DNA of 64,000 bases from a virus: positions 3,019 to 67,018 of the IMG/VR virus record IMGVR_UViG_3300021425_003051, one strand, 5' to 3'. The notes below the pieces were generated by a model that had not been told where the DNA came from, ran no database searches, and worked only from the letters and a program-made list of their open reading frames with translations. Every line of letters starts with the position of its first letter. Within the stretch, counting starts at the first letter, position 1. The position numbers and the translations under genes are program-made. Shown here in pieces: positions 55,933 to 64,000 of the stretch.

Positions 55933-56874
55933 ATGAAAATTATCAATGTTGACGGTGGAATTGGAAGAGTGATTACATCACTCCCATCATTGTTGAAGTA
56001 TCATAAAAATAATCCTGAAGAAGAATGGTATCTCTCAATTTCAGGATGGGATTATATTACTTTTGGTATTCCAGAACTTGATGAGAGAACTTTTAATCCA
56101 GAGACAAAGGGTGTTTGGGAAAATTATTATCTAAAGGCGGATGAAGTGGTTCATGCAGAACCATATCGTCTTCCCAATTTTTACAAAGGAAAGATTTCTC
56201 TTGCAGAGGCATTTGATGAAATCATTAATAAAACCGATGATCACAGTGATTTGGATTATGAATCTCTGAGTGTTTCAAATTCAGAAACTCGTAAAGGACA
56301 AGAAGTTATTTTTCATGCATATGAAAAATGGGAGAAACATCAAACTATTGTCATCAATCCGTATGGATCTACCGCACAGGTATCCCCTGTAGGGATCTAT
56401 GATGACTCCTTAAGATCGTTACCTGAAAGTATGTTCATCAAGCTTTCTAAACTCCTTGCAAAGGATTATAATGTCATTTACATGGGGTATCATCATTTAG
56501 CCCCACAAGATGATATTGAACATCTCTGTATTCCACAAAATGATTTACACATTCGTGAATGGATGGGAGTAATTTCTCAGGTGGATTATCTGGTTGGGTG
56601 TGACAGTGTGGGTCAACATATTGCAAGATCGGTAGGAACAAAGGGATGTGTAATTATGGGAGGAACTGATCCAGTGAATATGTCTTATCCCGATTACTTT
56701 AGAACTATTCAAAGAAAGAAACCAGTGTACTCTCCCATGAGAGTTTCAATGACACAATCAAATTTTGCAGAGAGATTGAATGAGGATTGTATGAATTATA
56801 CTGAGGAGGAAATTTTAGACATCTATGGAAAGATAAAATCTGATTTAGAAGAAATTCTCAGTGAACATGAATAA
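55933..56874 (+). CDS. GT9 (heptosyltransferase-like) glycosyltransferase
   Basis: GGIGRVI N-terminal motif; DYLVGCDSVGQHIARSVG. Confidence 0.65.
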   Translation: MKIINVDGGIGRVITSLPSLLKYHKNNPEEEWYLSISGWDYITFGIPELDERTFNPETKGVWENYYLKADEVVHAEPYRLPNFYKGKISLAEAFDEIINKTDDHSDLDYESLSVSNSETRKGQEVIFHAYEKWEKHQTIVINPYGSTAQVSPVGIYDDSLRSLPESMFIKLSKLLAKDYNVIYMGYHHLAPQDDIEHLCIPQNDLHIREWMGVISQVDYLVGCDSVGQHIARSVGTKGCVIMGGTDPVNMSYPDYFRTIQRKKPVYSPMRVSMTQSNFAERLNEDCMNYTEEEILDIYGKIKSDLEEILSEHE

Positions 56875-57589
56875 ATCAATGGAAGTGTATTCTTCTGTCT
56901 TTGATAATGCACTTAAAATTTCTAATGACATCAAAATTGAGAAAATAAATGATGACATAACTTTAGTGGATAATATTTTTGAAAATTATGATGATCTTCT
57001 TGAATTAGTTAATAATTTAACTTTTTGGGAGGGATGGTTCTTTTTAGATTCTAGACCTGTGCTCTCACACATCCTTCCACCTGGTTTTGGATGTGAATTG
57101 ATAACCAAAGTGTTTGATCACAAATTTGATCTATATTCTGTAGATTGTTCTGTGAACAAAAACAGTTCTAGTTCTACAGTTGGAACTAGAAAGTTAAGTC
57201 CCAGCTCTAATGCTCAAATTCCACATTTTGATGTGAACGAAAACCTACTCCAAGAGATAAATGCGGACAAGAGTATTGATTGTAGTATATTTCTCATGAA
57301 CTTCAATCGATTTGATGTTGAAACTAACTTTTGGTCATACAAAAATAAAATGTATGTTGAGGATGCGAGTGTTGTAGAGGATTTTAGAAGAGAAAATGGA
57401 AGTAAAGAACTATCAGAAAGGTTTTTGAATGATCTTTCTGAGGAATATTCCATAAAATATGGACCAAATCAAGGAATTCTATACTCTGCAAGAATGTTTC
57501 ATTCACCAAATCTTGAGTGTATGAGTAACAATGAAGATAGAATTTGTACCAGAGTTCAATACTTTAGAAAACTCAATTATGGAAAATAA
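56861..57589 (+). CDS. 2OG-Fe(II) oxygenase-like protein
   Basis: IPHFD, NQGILYSARMFHSP, DRI. Confidence 0.6.
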   Translation: MNMNKSMEVYSSVFDNALKISNDIKIEKINDDITLVDNIFENYDDLLELVNNLTFWEGWFFLDSRPVLSHILPPGFGCELITKVFDHKFDLYSVDCSVNKNSSSSTVGTRKLSPSSNAQIPHFDVNENLLQEINADKSIDCSIFLMNFNRFDVETNFWSYKNKMYVEDASVVEDFRRENGSKELSERFLNDLSEEYSIKYGPNQGILYSARMFHSPNLECMSNNEDRICTRVQYFRKLNYGK

Positions 57590-57716
57590 AGAACTAGAAG
57601 AAGTTAAAAAAGTTATCATGACTTTAAAAAGACTTGGATGGGAAATTGATGATATTCAAAGATTCATAAATCTTCCAAGAGAACAGATTGTTGCCATGAC
57701 ATATGGAATAGACTGA
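57579..57716 (+). CDS. small hypothetical protein
   Basis: MENKELEEVKK... overlapping upstream stop. Confidence 0.5.
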   Translation: MENKELEEVKKVIMTLKRLGWEIDDIQRFINLPREQIVAMTYGID

Positions 57717-57815
57717 GACAGTCCATAAACCGTCTACAATCCCCCGTGGTTCACCCCATGGGGGTTTATAGTATCTGGGTAGTTCAGAGACCTTACAAGT
57801 CCATTTGAGTGGGGC

Positions 57816-57844
57816 TTGACAGTCTCTCTCTTTTCCTATAGACT
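57816..57844 (+). promoter_or_regulatory. sigma70-type promoter TTGACA-N17-TAGACT
   Basis: Upstream of early-type small-gene cluster. Confidence 0.65.
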
Positions 57845-57890
57845 AGGTTTGTCCTGGAAGATAGGTACAGTCTAAGCAACCTTAAAGACC

Positions 57891-58085
57891 ATGAAACCCA
57901 AGTTCATCACAGTCCAACCAAAGTCATCAAAAGCAAAGAATCGATTTGCAAACTTGATGGATTCTCTACATTCGTGTAAAGTAGAACAAGAGGACCAAGA
58001 AAAGTGGTTCCTGTCATCTATCAGTGGTCGGTATCACTTCTGGATGAATAAAGAAAACGATCCCAACTGGAGTATCATCAAATGA
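57891..58085 (+). CDS. hypothetical protein
   Basis: V.PKSSKAKNRFANLM motif common in cyanomyoviruses. Confidence 0.65.
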   Translation: MKPKFITVQPKSSKAKNRFANLMDSLHSCKVEQEDQEKWFLSSISGRYHFWMNKENDPNWSIIK

Positions 58086-58414
58086 CTATCGAATATCAAA
58101 AGACTTGGGAAGTCATGAATCAACTTGAAGAATCATTCAATAAGATTGCTGCTGTAGAGTTCATGGTTGAAGAGTTAAATGATGCAGTCAATCAGAATGA
58201 AACTGATAGAATTGTAGACATCAGTCATGCACTTCTTGCTTATCTTCCTGTTTATATTTCTCACTATGAGAAGGCATCACGACGAGCATGGAACAATACT
58301 GTAGTGAAAGTTGCAGAAGATGATGTTCCTTATCGTTTTGATACAAAGAGTGAAGATAGTATCATGTTTAAATATAGTGATGAAGATCCCTCACTAGAAC
58401 TGGAAGCCCTATGA
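58082..58414 (+). CDS. hypothetical protein
   Basis: ATGA coupled. Confidence 0.65.
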   Translation: MTIEYQKTWEVMNQLEESFNKIAAVEFMVEELNDAVNQNETDRIVDISHALLAYLPVYISHYEKASRRAWNNTVVKVAEDDVPYRFDTKSEDSIMFKYSDEDPSLELEAL

Positions 58415-58554
58415 CTTTACCCAAAGACCGCAAACTGAAAACTCAAGACATAGAGTCAATTCGGAAAGCGGTTGAAGACTCTGACATCAGAGCTATTCAT
58501 CCTGATAAGATGGAGGAGTGGGCAGAACATCTTGTACGGAAACTTAAAAAATGA
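58411..58554 (+). CDS. small hypothetical protein (47 aa)
   Basis: MTLPKDRKLK...IRAIHPDKMEEWAEHLVRKLKK; ATGA coupled on both sides. Confidence 0.6.
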   Translation: MTLPKDRKLKTQDIESIRKAVEDSDIRAIHPDKMEEWAEHLVRKLKK

Positions 58555-58676
58555 GTATTGAACGCAAACTTGAACAAATTGAAGTCTCCGACATGGAAGA
58601 TTTCCTCGATGAGTGTCAGTCAAAAGCTGATGAACTAAATATCAACTTGGAATATTATCTTGAAGAGTTCATCTAA
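58551..58676 (+). CDS. small hypothetical protein (41 aa)
   Basis: MSIERKLEQ...LEYYLEEFI; coupled. Confidence 0.6.
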   Translation: MSIERKLEQIEVSDMEDFLDECQSKADELNINLEYYLEEFI

Positions 58677-58846
58677 TGTCTGACCGAGATAAGTTGGTTG
58701 CTGCACAGGCACATGTGGAGAGTTTAGTTGCTCTCCTAGAGGACAATCCATGGAAAAGTTATTTGTTTCGGAGTCTGTCAACCATCAAATGGGAATTACA
58801 ACGTCAGTTGACTAATCTTGATGCTACTGATAAGATTAAGGAGTAA
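58676..58846 (+). CDS. small hypothetical protein (56 aa)
   Basis: MSDRDKLVAAQAHVE...ELQRQLTNL; TAATG coupled. Confidence 0.6.
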   Translation: MSDRDKLVAAQAHVESLVALLEDNPWKSYLFRSLSTIKWELQRQLTNLDATDKIKE

Positions 58847-58855
58847 TTATAGGAA

Positions 58856-59092
58856 ATGATGAAGTATTTGTACGTCATTGACCATTTTGTTCCTTTTCCA
58901 CAATCAGAGTATGGTGGTGTATGGAATGTCATTGCAAAAGATGATGAGGAATGTTTTGATGTTGTAGTGTCAGAAGATGATGAATTAAATCTTGGTTGTT
59001 ACACCAAGCTACGGGAAAACATTAAGAAATCCACTAAATATGCATTGTTGGACGAAGAAACGTCTAAAGTAGTAACGTCATTTCTAACCTAA
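58856..59092 (+). CDS. hypothetical protein
   Basis: YVIDHFVPFPQSEYGG motif. Confidence 0.65.
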   Translation: MMKYLYVIDHFVPFPQSEYGGVWNVIAKDDEECFDVVVSEDDELNLGCYTKLRENIKKSTKYALLDEETSKVVTSFLT

Positions 59093-59095
59093 GAT

Positions 59096-59326
59096 ATGTC
59101 TGAACCACGAATGCGCAACCCATCGGATCCACTTTATGATCCCAATGATAAGTACAACGAATACAAAGTTGACTTTCATGCTAATGAAGAACATTCAGAA
59201 GATGAGTGGGATCCAGAGACCGAGGGTAACATTGCAAATCCAGAAAATCGTCATCGAGACAAAATTTTAGATGAGTTCTGCGACAACCACCCAGGTTCTC
59301 CCATGTGTAAAGTATTCGATGAATGA
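59096..59326 (+). CDS. CP12-like protein (C-terminal Cys pair only)
   Basis: LDEFCDNHPGSPMCKVFDE matches the CP12 C-terminal C-x8-C-x2-[YF]D motif. Confidence 0.6.
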   Translation: MSEPRMRNPSDPLYDPNDKYNEYKVDFHANEEHSEDEWDPETEGNIANPENRHRDKILDEFCDNHPGSPMCKVFDE

Positions 59327-59555
59327 ATCTCAGTCCCGTGCTCTTGATCTTATGATTGAGAGTGTCTATAAAGCAGATAGTAGACTTCGTGGTTGTGCAT
59401 ACAATCAAGGATGTTTCGATGAACTTATGGGTTGGAGACAACTCATAATTGATACTCTATATCATTATAAAGATTTGAATGAAGTTCCTGCTCAGGTATC
59501 AGAAGCCAAAGAAAAAACAGAATCATTGGTCTCACCAAGAAGCAATATTCTATGA
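59319..59555 (+). CDS. hypothetical protein
   Basis: Likely start ATG 59319 (MNESQSRALDLMIESV). Confidence 0.6.
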   Translation: MNESQSRALDLMIESVYKADSRLRGCAYNQGCFDELMGWRQLIIDTLYHYKDLNEVPAQVSEAKEKTESLVSPRSNIL

Positions 59556-59691
59556 CATCAGGGATGCAATGATGTTTGAAAGACATGTTAAGTCACAGGG
59601 AGCGATCAACACAGAGATCCGTCCCCTGTGACACTTGTTGTAGTGTCCATTTTTAGTTGAAATTAGTCAAAAATTAGTTTATATTAGAATC

Positions 59692-59982
59692 ATGGACAAC
59701 TTTATCATGGATTTTCCACACAAAGCACCCACAGGGTACGAATACTGGACTGATGACTTCAAAAAGACAATTAAACGGATATGGATTCGCAACCTTGGCG
59801 ATTTCGTTTACACTGGTGGGGAGCATCCTTCTAGTGTGTGGGGTTTCTATGATAGCAGAAAAAAATGTTACATCGCCCCAATCAACCACAAGAAACCAGG
59901 AAAACCAGTAAGAATTGAAGATACTACTCCATACACAGCAATGCAGTTGAATCTTAACCCGTTGATGCGCGCCTTTGGATAA
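59692..59982 (+). CDS. hypothetical protein
   Basis: DFPHKAP..VWGFY..APIN.KKPGK...YTAMQLNLNPL. Confidence 0.65.
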   Translation: MDNFIMDFPHKAPTGYEYWTDDFKKTIKRIWIRNLGDFVYTGGEHPSSVWGFYDSRKKCYIAPINHKKPGKPVRIEDTTPYTAMQLNLNPLMRAFG

Positions 59983-60643
59983 AATGAATATAGAACCATT
60001 TTACCATGTGAATCTTGTCTATGTAAAATCAAAAGTTCCTTCTTTTGTTTTGGAAGAACTTAAACAGGAGGCAAAAAACATACTTGAGAATCCAAATCAA
60101 TTTAAGAAAATCAATGATGATTTAGCAGGAAATATAGAACAAGAATATCAAACATCCAAAGGTAGAGAAATTTTACAACCTTATCTTATTTCTCTTGCGG
60201 ATGAATATTTCAAATGTTCTGAAAAACATAAACAAAATCTAGGATGTCCACATTGGCATATTGATGATGTATGGATAAATTTTCAAAAAAAGTATGAATA
60301 TAATCCACTACATAATCATACTGGGAATTTATCTTTTGTTCTCTGGGTTCAAATACCATATGAATTAAAAGATGAATTGTCACTTCCAAATTGTGTAAAT
60401 TCAAATACACCAACAAATTCTCTATTTCAATTTACATATACCAATTTGAAAGGAGAAGTGATAAGTGATCACTTAAATATAGATAAATGATGTGAGGGAA
60501 GTATAATTATGTTTCCTTCTTTTTTGAATCACCTGGTGTATCCATTCTATACCAGTGATGAATATCGTATTTCTATGTCAGGAAATATACTTAAGAAACC
60601 ACAATCTCCCACGAAAAATACTTCATCTTATGAGTATAGGTAG
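59975..60643 (+). pseudogene. 2OG-Fe(II) oxygenase interrupted by in-frame TGA at 60488-60490
   Basis: YNPLHNH before the stop; IIMFPSFLNHLVYPF..YRISMSGN continues in the same frame to TAG 60641-60643. Confidence 0.75.
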
Positions 60644-60651
60644 TAAATTCT

Positions 60652-60852
60652 ATGAACCCCATGGACCCAAACAGCATCACACTTAATACTCCATCTAAGT
60701 CCTTTGCATATGAAAAGATGTCTCGTGACATCGAAGAATGCAAAGATGTTAAAATCCTACAGAATGCTCTTCGTTGTTATGTCAAACTCTACTTTAAGCA
60801 ACAAGAAACAATGTCAATCATCGGAGTCCCAAACATCAATGGAGACTCGTAA
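60652..60852 (+). CDS. small helical protein, possibly NblA-like
   Basis: ITLNTPSKSFAYEKMSRDIEE...LRCYVKLYFKQQETM; resemblance to NblA judged by eye only. Confidence 0.55.
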   Translation: MNPMDPNSITLNTPSKSFAYEKMSRDIEECKDVKILQNALRCYVKLYFKQQETMSIIGVPNINGDS

Positions 60853-61117
60853 GGATAGAATGGCACATGAATATGTGCCGAAACTACATGATTATGTGAT
60901 TTGGCATCATAACAAAACCACAGAAGAGGGGTGGGTCTATTTTGCTGGGGATGAATATATATCTATTGAAGTTGGTGTTAAGGAGAAACCAATCTGTGAC
61001 CTGACATCACACCACAAACACCGAAAGAATCATACTTTAATTGTATGCCAAAAATGGTATTGGCATGAGTTAGAATATGTCAAATCCAGAAAAAATTTCT
61101 ATGATTGTGAAACATGA
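60839..61117 (+). CDS. hypothetical protein
   Basis: YVPKLHDYVIW..EGWVYF..YISIEVGVK; start 60839 or 60860. Confidence 0.6.
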   Translation: METRKDRMAHEYVPKLHDYVIWHHNKTTEEGWVYFAGDEYISIEVGVKEKPICDLTSHHKHRKNHTLIVCQKWYWHELEYVKSRKNFYDCET

Positions 61118-61659
61118 GTGAAATAAAAATATACGACAAATTCTTATCTCCTATTGAATATTCAATAATTCGAGATGAGATTATGAGTGAACAGTGGTCA
61201 TGGGAGTTTAGTGATAAAATTACTACTGTCCATGATCAGGGAGCAGATTATGGACAATTTGTCAAAGTTCTTTACATGTTCAATATTGGAAGAAGAAAAG
61301 AGTTTCAGATTATTGAACCAATCATCGCCAAAATACATGATGTTGGTGATTCTAATGAAATTGCAATACTCCGTGCAAAAATAAATTGCAATCCCAAATT
61401 GGAGAATGTGGTTCAACTTGGGGATTATCATAATGATTTTCAATTTGATTGTCATACAGCAATATATTACTTGACAGATAGTAATGGACCTACTAAATTT
61501 GCAAATGGAGAGGTGGTGGATTGTGTATCTAATAGATTGATAATTTTTCCATCACACATGAAACATTGTGGATTTTCTTGTTCTGACAGTTTGCGCAGAG
61601 TGGTAGTAAATATAAATTACCTTCCCCTATACCATGGATACAAAAAGGATGAAGATTGA
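61114..61659 (+). CDS. 2OG-Fe(II) oxygenase-like protein
   Basis: YHND, TAIYY, NRLIIFP..KH, RVVVNINY. Confidence 0.75.
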   Translation: MSEIKIYDKFLSPIEYSIIRDEIMSEQWSWEFSDKITTVHDQGADYGQFVKVLYMFNIGRRKEFQIIEPIIAKIHDVGDSNEIAILRAKINCNPKLENVVQLGDYHNDFQFDCHTAIYYLTDSNGPTKFANGEVVDCVSNRLIIFPSHMKHCGFSCSDSLRRVVVNINYLPLYHGYKKDED

Positions 61660-61662
61660 CCA

Positions 61663-62124
61663 ATGAAGGAATTTGATTATGACCTTGATTACGAGAATAT
61701 TGACTTCTCTAAACCTGAGAATCGACGACTATATCGAATTGGTCGCGGGGAACAGGGAGTATTATTATGCAAGCCTTATACTAACGATATATGCCAGCAT
61801 TGGCGATTCAGAACTGCTGATATTGCAGTGAAGTCTAGTAACAAGATCTATGCAATGTATCTTGATTACAGGGACAATAAGGACTTTATTGGTATGGATA
61901 TGTGCCGTAAGTTTCTAGAGATGGGATTTACGAGAGCGAGAAGATATGCTAACCATCATACTGGACAAAAGTATGATTCATGTGGTAAAATAAAGCCACA
62001 GGAGGACGATTGGGACACCTGTGAATATGCAGAATCTGCTCGTATCTTTAAGAAGGTGAGAGATCTTGCAACTTACAATGATACATATCAGAAGATGAGA
62101 AAAGATTGGAGAGCATCTGAATGA
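61663..62124 (+). CDS. DUF4385-like protein
   Basis: YRIGRGEQGVL..PY, GMDMCRKFLEMGFTRARRYANH. Confidence 0.75.
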   Translation: MKEFDYDLDYENIDFSKPENRRLYRIGRGEQGVLLCKPYTNDICQHWRFRTADIAVKSSNKIYAMYLDYRDNKDFIGMDMCRKFLEMGFTRARRYANHHTGQKYDSCGKIKPQEDDWDTCEYAESARIFKKVRDLATYNDTYQKMRKDWRASE

Positions 62125-62204
62125 CTTCCTTGTTTATATTCTCTTTTGTAACTCTTCTTGTCATTACATTAGAATTTACTTGGCCGATTAGGAAAACAAA
62201 ATGA
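62121..62204 (+). CDS. 27-aa hydrophobic peptide
   Basis: MTSLFIFSFVTLLVITLEFTWPIRKTK; ATGA overlaps at both ends. Confidence 0.45.
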   Translation: MTSLFIFSFVTLLVITLEFTWPIRKTK

Positions 62205-62923
62205 AAAGAAGACTTCTAGACTTAGCTGTAATTGCAGCAATGACAATTGCATCTGTGAATATCATTTCAGCTAAGGGATTTGCATATCCTGGTGAAAAGA
62301 CACATGATTTTCAATCAAATCCAATTAATTATCCTGACGATTACTACAGCAATCATTCAATGGGTTGTCTCATTCTTAGTGATTGTAAAGAGGGTGTTGT
62401 TGAAGTTAAATCCCTTCAAGATGTTGAGAAGTATTTTGGTAAAAGGTACAGCGATCGGAAGGAGTTTGATGCACTCGTCAGTGAATTAAACAAGGCAGGT
62501 AGTAAAGTTTACATTGCACCCACAGAATATTTTCCCGTAGGACATCGTGGTGTCTATCATACAGTTAGTAATAACTTCTATTTGAATGACCAACATGTTC
62601 ACAGATTTCATGTGTTGATGTCGGTGATGAGACATGAAGGATGGCATGCAGCACAAGATTGTATGGCAGGAACTATCAAGAATAATATGATTGCTATTAT
62701 CAAACCTGAGGAAGAAGTTCCTGAAATTTGGCAAGAGATGGTCAGAAGAACTTATCCCGTTTTTGCCCAACCTTGGGAGAAAGAAGCGACCTGGGCTGGT
62801 AAAACTGAAGGAATGACGTTGAAAGCACTCAAAGCATGTAATACTGGTGCAATGTGGGAAGTATTTCCTCCAACCCCATTGACTAAAAAATATCTTATCA
62901 AGGAAGGATACATTAAGGAGTAA
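62201..62923 (+). CDS. putative exported zinc metallopeptidase-like protein
   Basis: Signal-like N-terminus; RHEGWHAAQ (HExxH) and downstream EKEA. Confidence 0.65.
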   Translation: MKRRLLDLAVIAAMTIASVNIISAKGFAYPGEKTHDFQSNPINYPDDYYSNHSMGCLILSDCKEGVVEVKSLQDVEKYFGKRYSDRKEFDALVSELNKAGSKVYIAPTEYFPVGHRGVYHTVSNNFYLNDQHVHRFHVLMSVMRHEGWHAAQDCMAGTIKNNMIAIIKPEEEVPEIWQEMVRRTYPVFAQPWEKEATWAGKTEGMTLKALKACNTGAMWEVFPPTPLTKKYLIKEGYIKE

Positions 62924-63120
62924 TGTGGAGAGTCTGGGCTAAAGCTCTAGGACAAAAGGAGGGTAGAGATGATAAGGAGGCGGATACGATTGCAATTATC
63001 CGCACTCTCATTATGTTTCAGTTGATTATTACCAACTTCTTTATTATTGCTGGTAATGTTAAAAACTTATTTTTTGACACTACACCTGTGACAGTTGAAC
63101 AAGTGAACACTAAATCTTGA
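62923..63120 (+). CDS. small membrane protein
   Basis: MWRVWAKALG.K...AIIRTLI..LIITNFFIIAG. Confidence 0.65.
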   Translation: MWRVWAKALGQKEGRDDKEADTIAIIRTLIMFQLIITNFFIIAGNVKNLFFDTTPVTVEQVNTKS

Positions 63121-63145
63121 CTTTGATTGCTATATATCTTATAGT
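63117..63145 (+). promoter_or_regulatory. sigma70-type promoter TTGACT-N17-TATAGT
   Basis: Preceded by the repeated upstream motif at 63088-63110. Confidence 0.65.
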
Positions 63146-63175
63146 GTTTAAGTAAATCACTCAGGGGTCTGACTC

Positions 63176-63346
63176 ATGCCTTCTTTCTCTTACGCACAAA
63201 AAACTAAGTATCGTATCACGTTGGAGTTGGATGTTCTTGATGATTTCCAACCTCGTAACATTGACTGGGAAAAATTGTTGGATGTTCAAGGAACTGAGAG
63301 TGTAACTGCATACGTTGAAGATCTCTCTGCCCCTGATCGGTGGTAA
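63176..63346 (+). CDS. small hypothetical protein (56 aa)
   Basis: MPSFSYAQKTKYRITLELDV.DDFQPRNIDWEKL... Confidence 0.6.
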   Translation: MPSFSYAQKTKYRITLELDVLDDFQPRNIDWEKLLDVQGTESVTAYVEDLSAPDRW

Positions 63347-63398
63347 TTGAAGTTACTCACCTCCAAATTGCCTCATCCCTGTAATCAACTAACTCATC

Positions 63399-63608
63399 AT
63401 GGTCAACAATTCCGCAGTTCTTCGTTCTCTCACTGATATGAAGAAACTGTATAAAGATCAGAACTTCATGTTCACTAAAGAACAACAAGAAAAGTATGAT
63501 CTTTTGTTGGATCTTCGTCGTCAACGTGTACTTAAATTGTATGAAGAGGGTCGTGTTTGGGTTGGTCCATCTGATGCTGGTAAAGTAAAAGAAGAAGATA
63601 AGGATTGA
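63399..63608 (+). CDS. hypothetical protein
   Basis: 69-aa ORF. Confidence 0.6.
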   Translation: MVNNSAVLRSLTDMKKLYKDQNFMFTKEQQEKYDLLLDLRRQRVLKLYEEGRVWVGPSDAGKVKEEDKD

Positions 63609-63713
63609 TATACATTGGAGGGTCTATGTAATTGTGTCTCCTTCCGCGAGACCTCCCCTCCTTTTTTAGTCAAAAATTAGTCATAAATAGTATGACAAAA
63701 ACCTGACAGAACG

Positions 63714-63899
63714 ATGGCAGTTGTTATCAAGAAAACATCAAAATTAGCAGGTATTCTTGTTTACTTTGTTGGTGGTAATCGTTGGTCTGACGATAGATCC
63801 CAAGCACAAGAGATGACATCAGAAGAAGCAACTGCTTTGATGGATAATCCTGATGGAAAGAATGGTGGTTGGACAGGTGCAATAACGGAGACAGTCTGA
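63714..63899 (+). CDS. hypothetical late protein
   Basis: CATAAATA upstream; 61-aa ORF. Confidence 0.6.
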   Translation: MAVVIKKTSKLAGILVYFVGGNRWSDDRSQAQEMTSEEATALMDNPDGKNGGWTGAITETV

Positions 63900-64000
63900 T
63901 GAAAACATTCAAACAATTCATAACTGAAGCATCAATGCCTGATGAATTGGCAGGTCGTGCATCAGTAAGACAGTCAGGTGAAGGTGGTAGAGTATATCGT
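63899..64000 (+). CDS. partial ORF with capsid-targeting-like N-terminus
   Basis: MKTFKQFITEASM..., runs off the window. Confidence 0.6.
   Translation, partial: MKTFKQFITEASMPDELAGRASVRQSGEGGRVYR

Noticed and set aside
57741-57764. GC-rich hairpin CCCCCGTGG..CCATGGGGG as an ncRNA
   Set aside because: Adequately explained as a terminator or promoter-overlapping hairpin at the end of the island; no further structure supports an RNA gene
60488-60493. Selenocysteine at TGA-TGT
   Set aside because: The position is non-catalytic in this oxygenase family, and no convincing SECIS hairpin or Sec machinery is visible

Overview
64 kb segment of a T4-like marine cyanophage (myovirus). Left end (1-7.7 kb): small early/middle genes, a tandem glutamine-riboswitch-like leader, thyX, phoH, an exonuclease, gp33, gp59 and gp32. 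Middle (7.8-26.2 kb): gp53, gp48, gp2, gp4, a tube-like gene, gp26, gp51, two tape-measure-like proteins with cell-wall hydrolase domains, gp27-like and gp5-like genes, and tRNA-Leu(TAA). A long fibre island (26-57.7 kb) holds a subtilisin-like protease and two parallel fibre cassettes, each followed by 2OG-Fe(II) oxygenases; the second also carries glycosyltransferases and sulfotransferases. Right end: small early genes, including CP12-like and possibly NblA-like proteins. The three strongest observations are (1) two interlocked glutamine-aptamer units whose P2 loops each hold a paralogous small ORF, upstream of a DUF4278-like peptide; (2) a T-TTT-TTC slippery site that would fuse gp26 to gp51 by -1 frameshift just upstream of the tape-measure-like genes; (3) a duplicated anchor/mini-adaptor/chaperone/tip/modifying-enzyme fibre cassette. 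All family assignments come from motifs recognised by eye and from synteny; no database searches were run.
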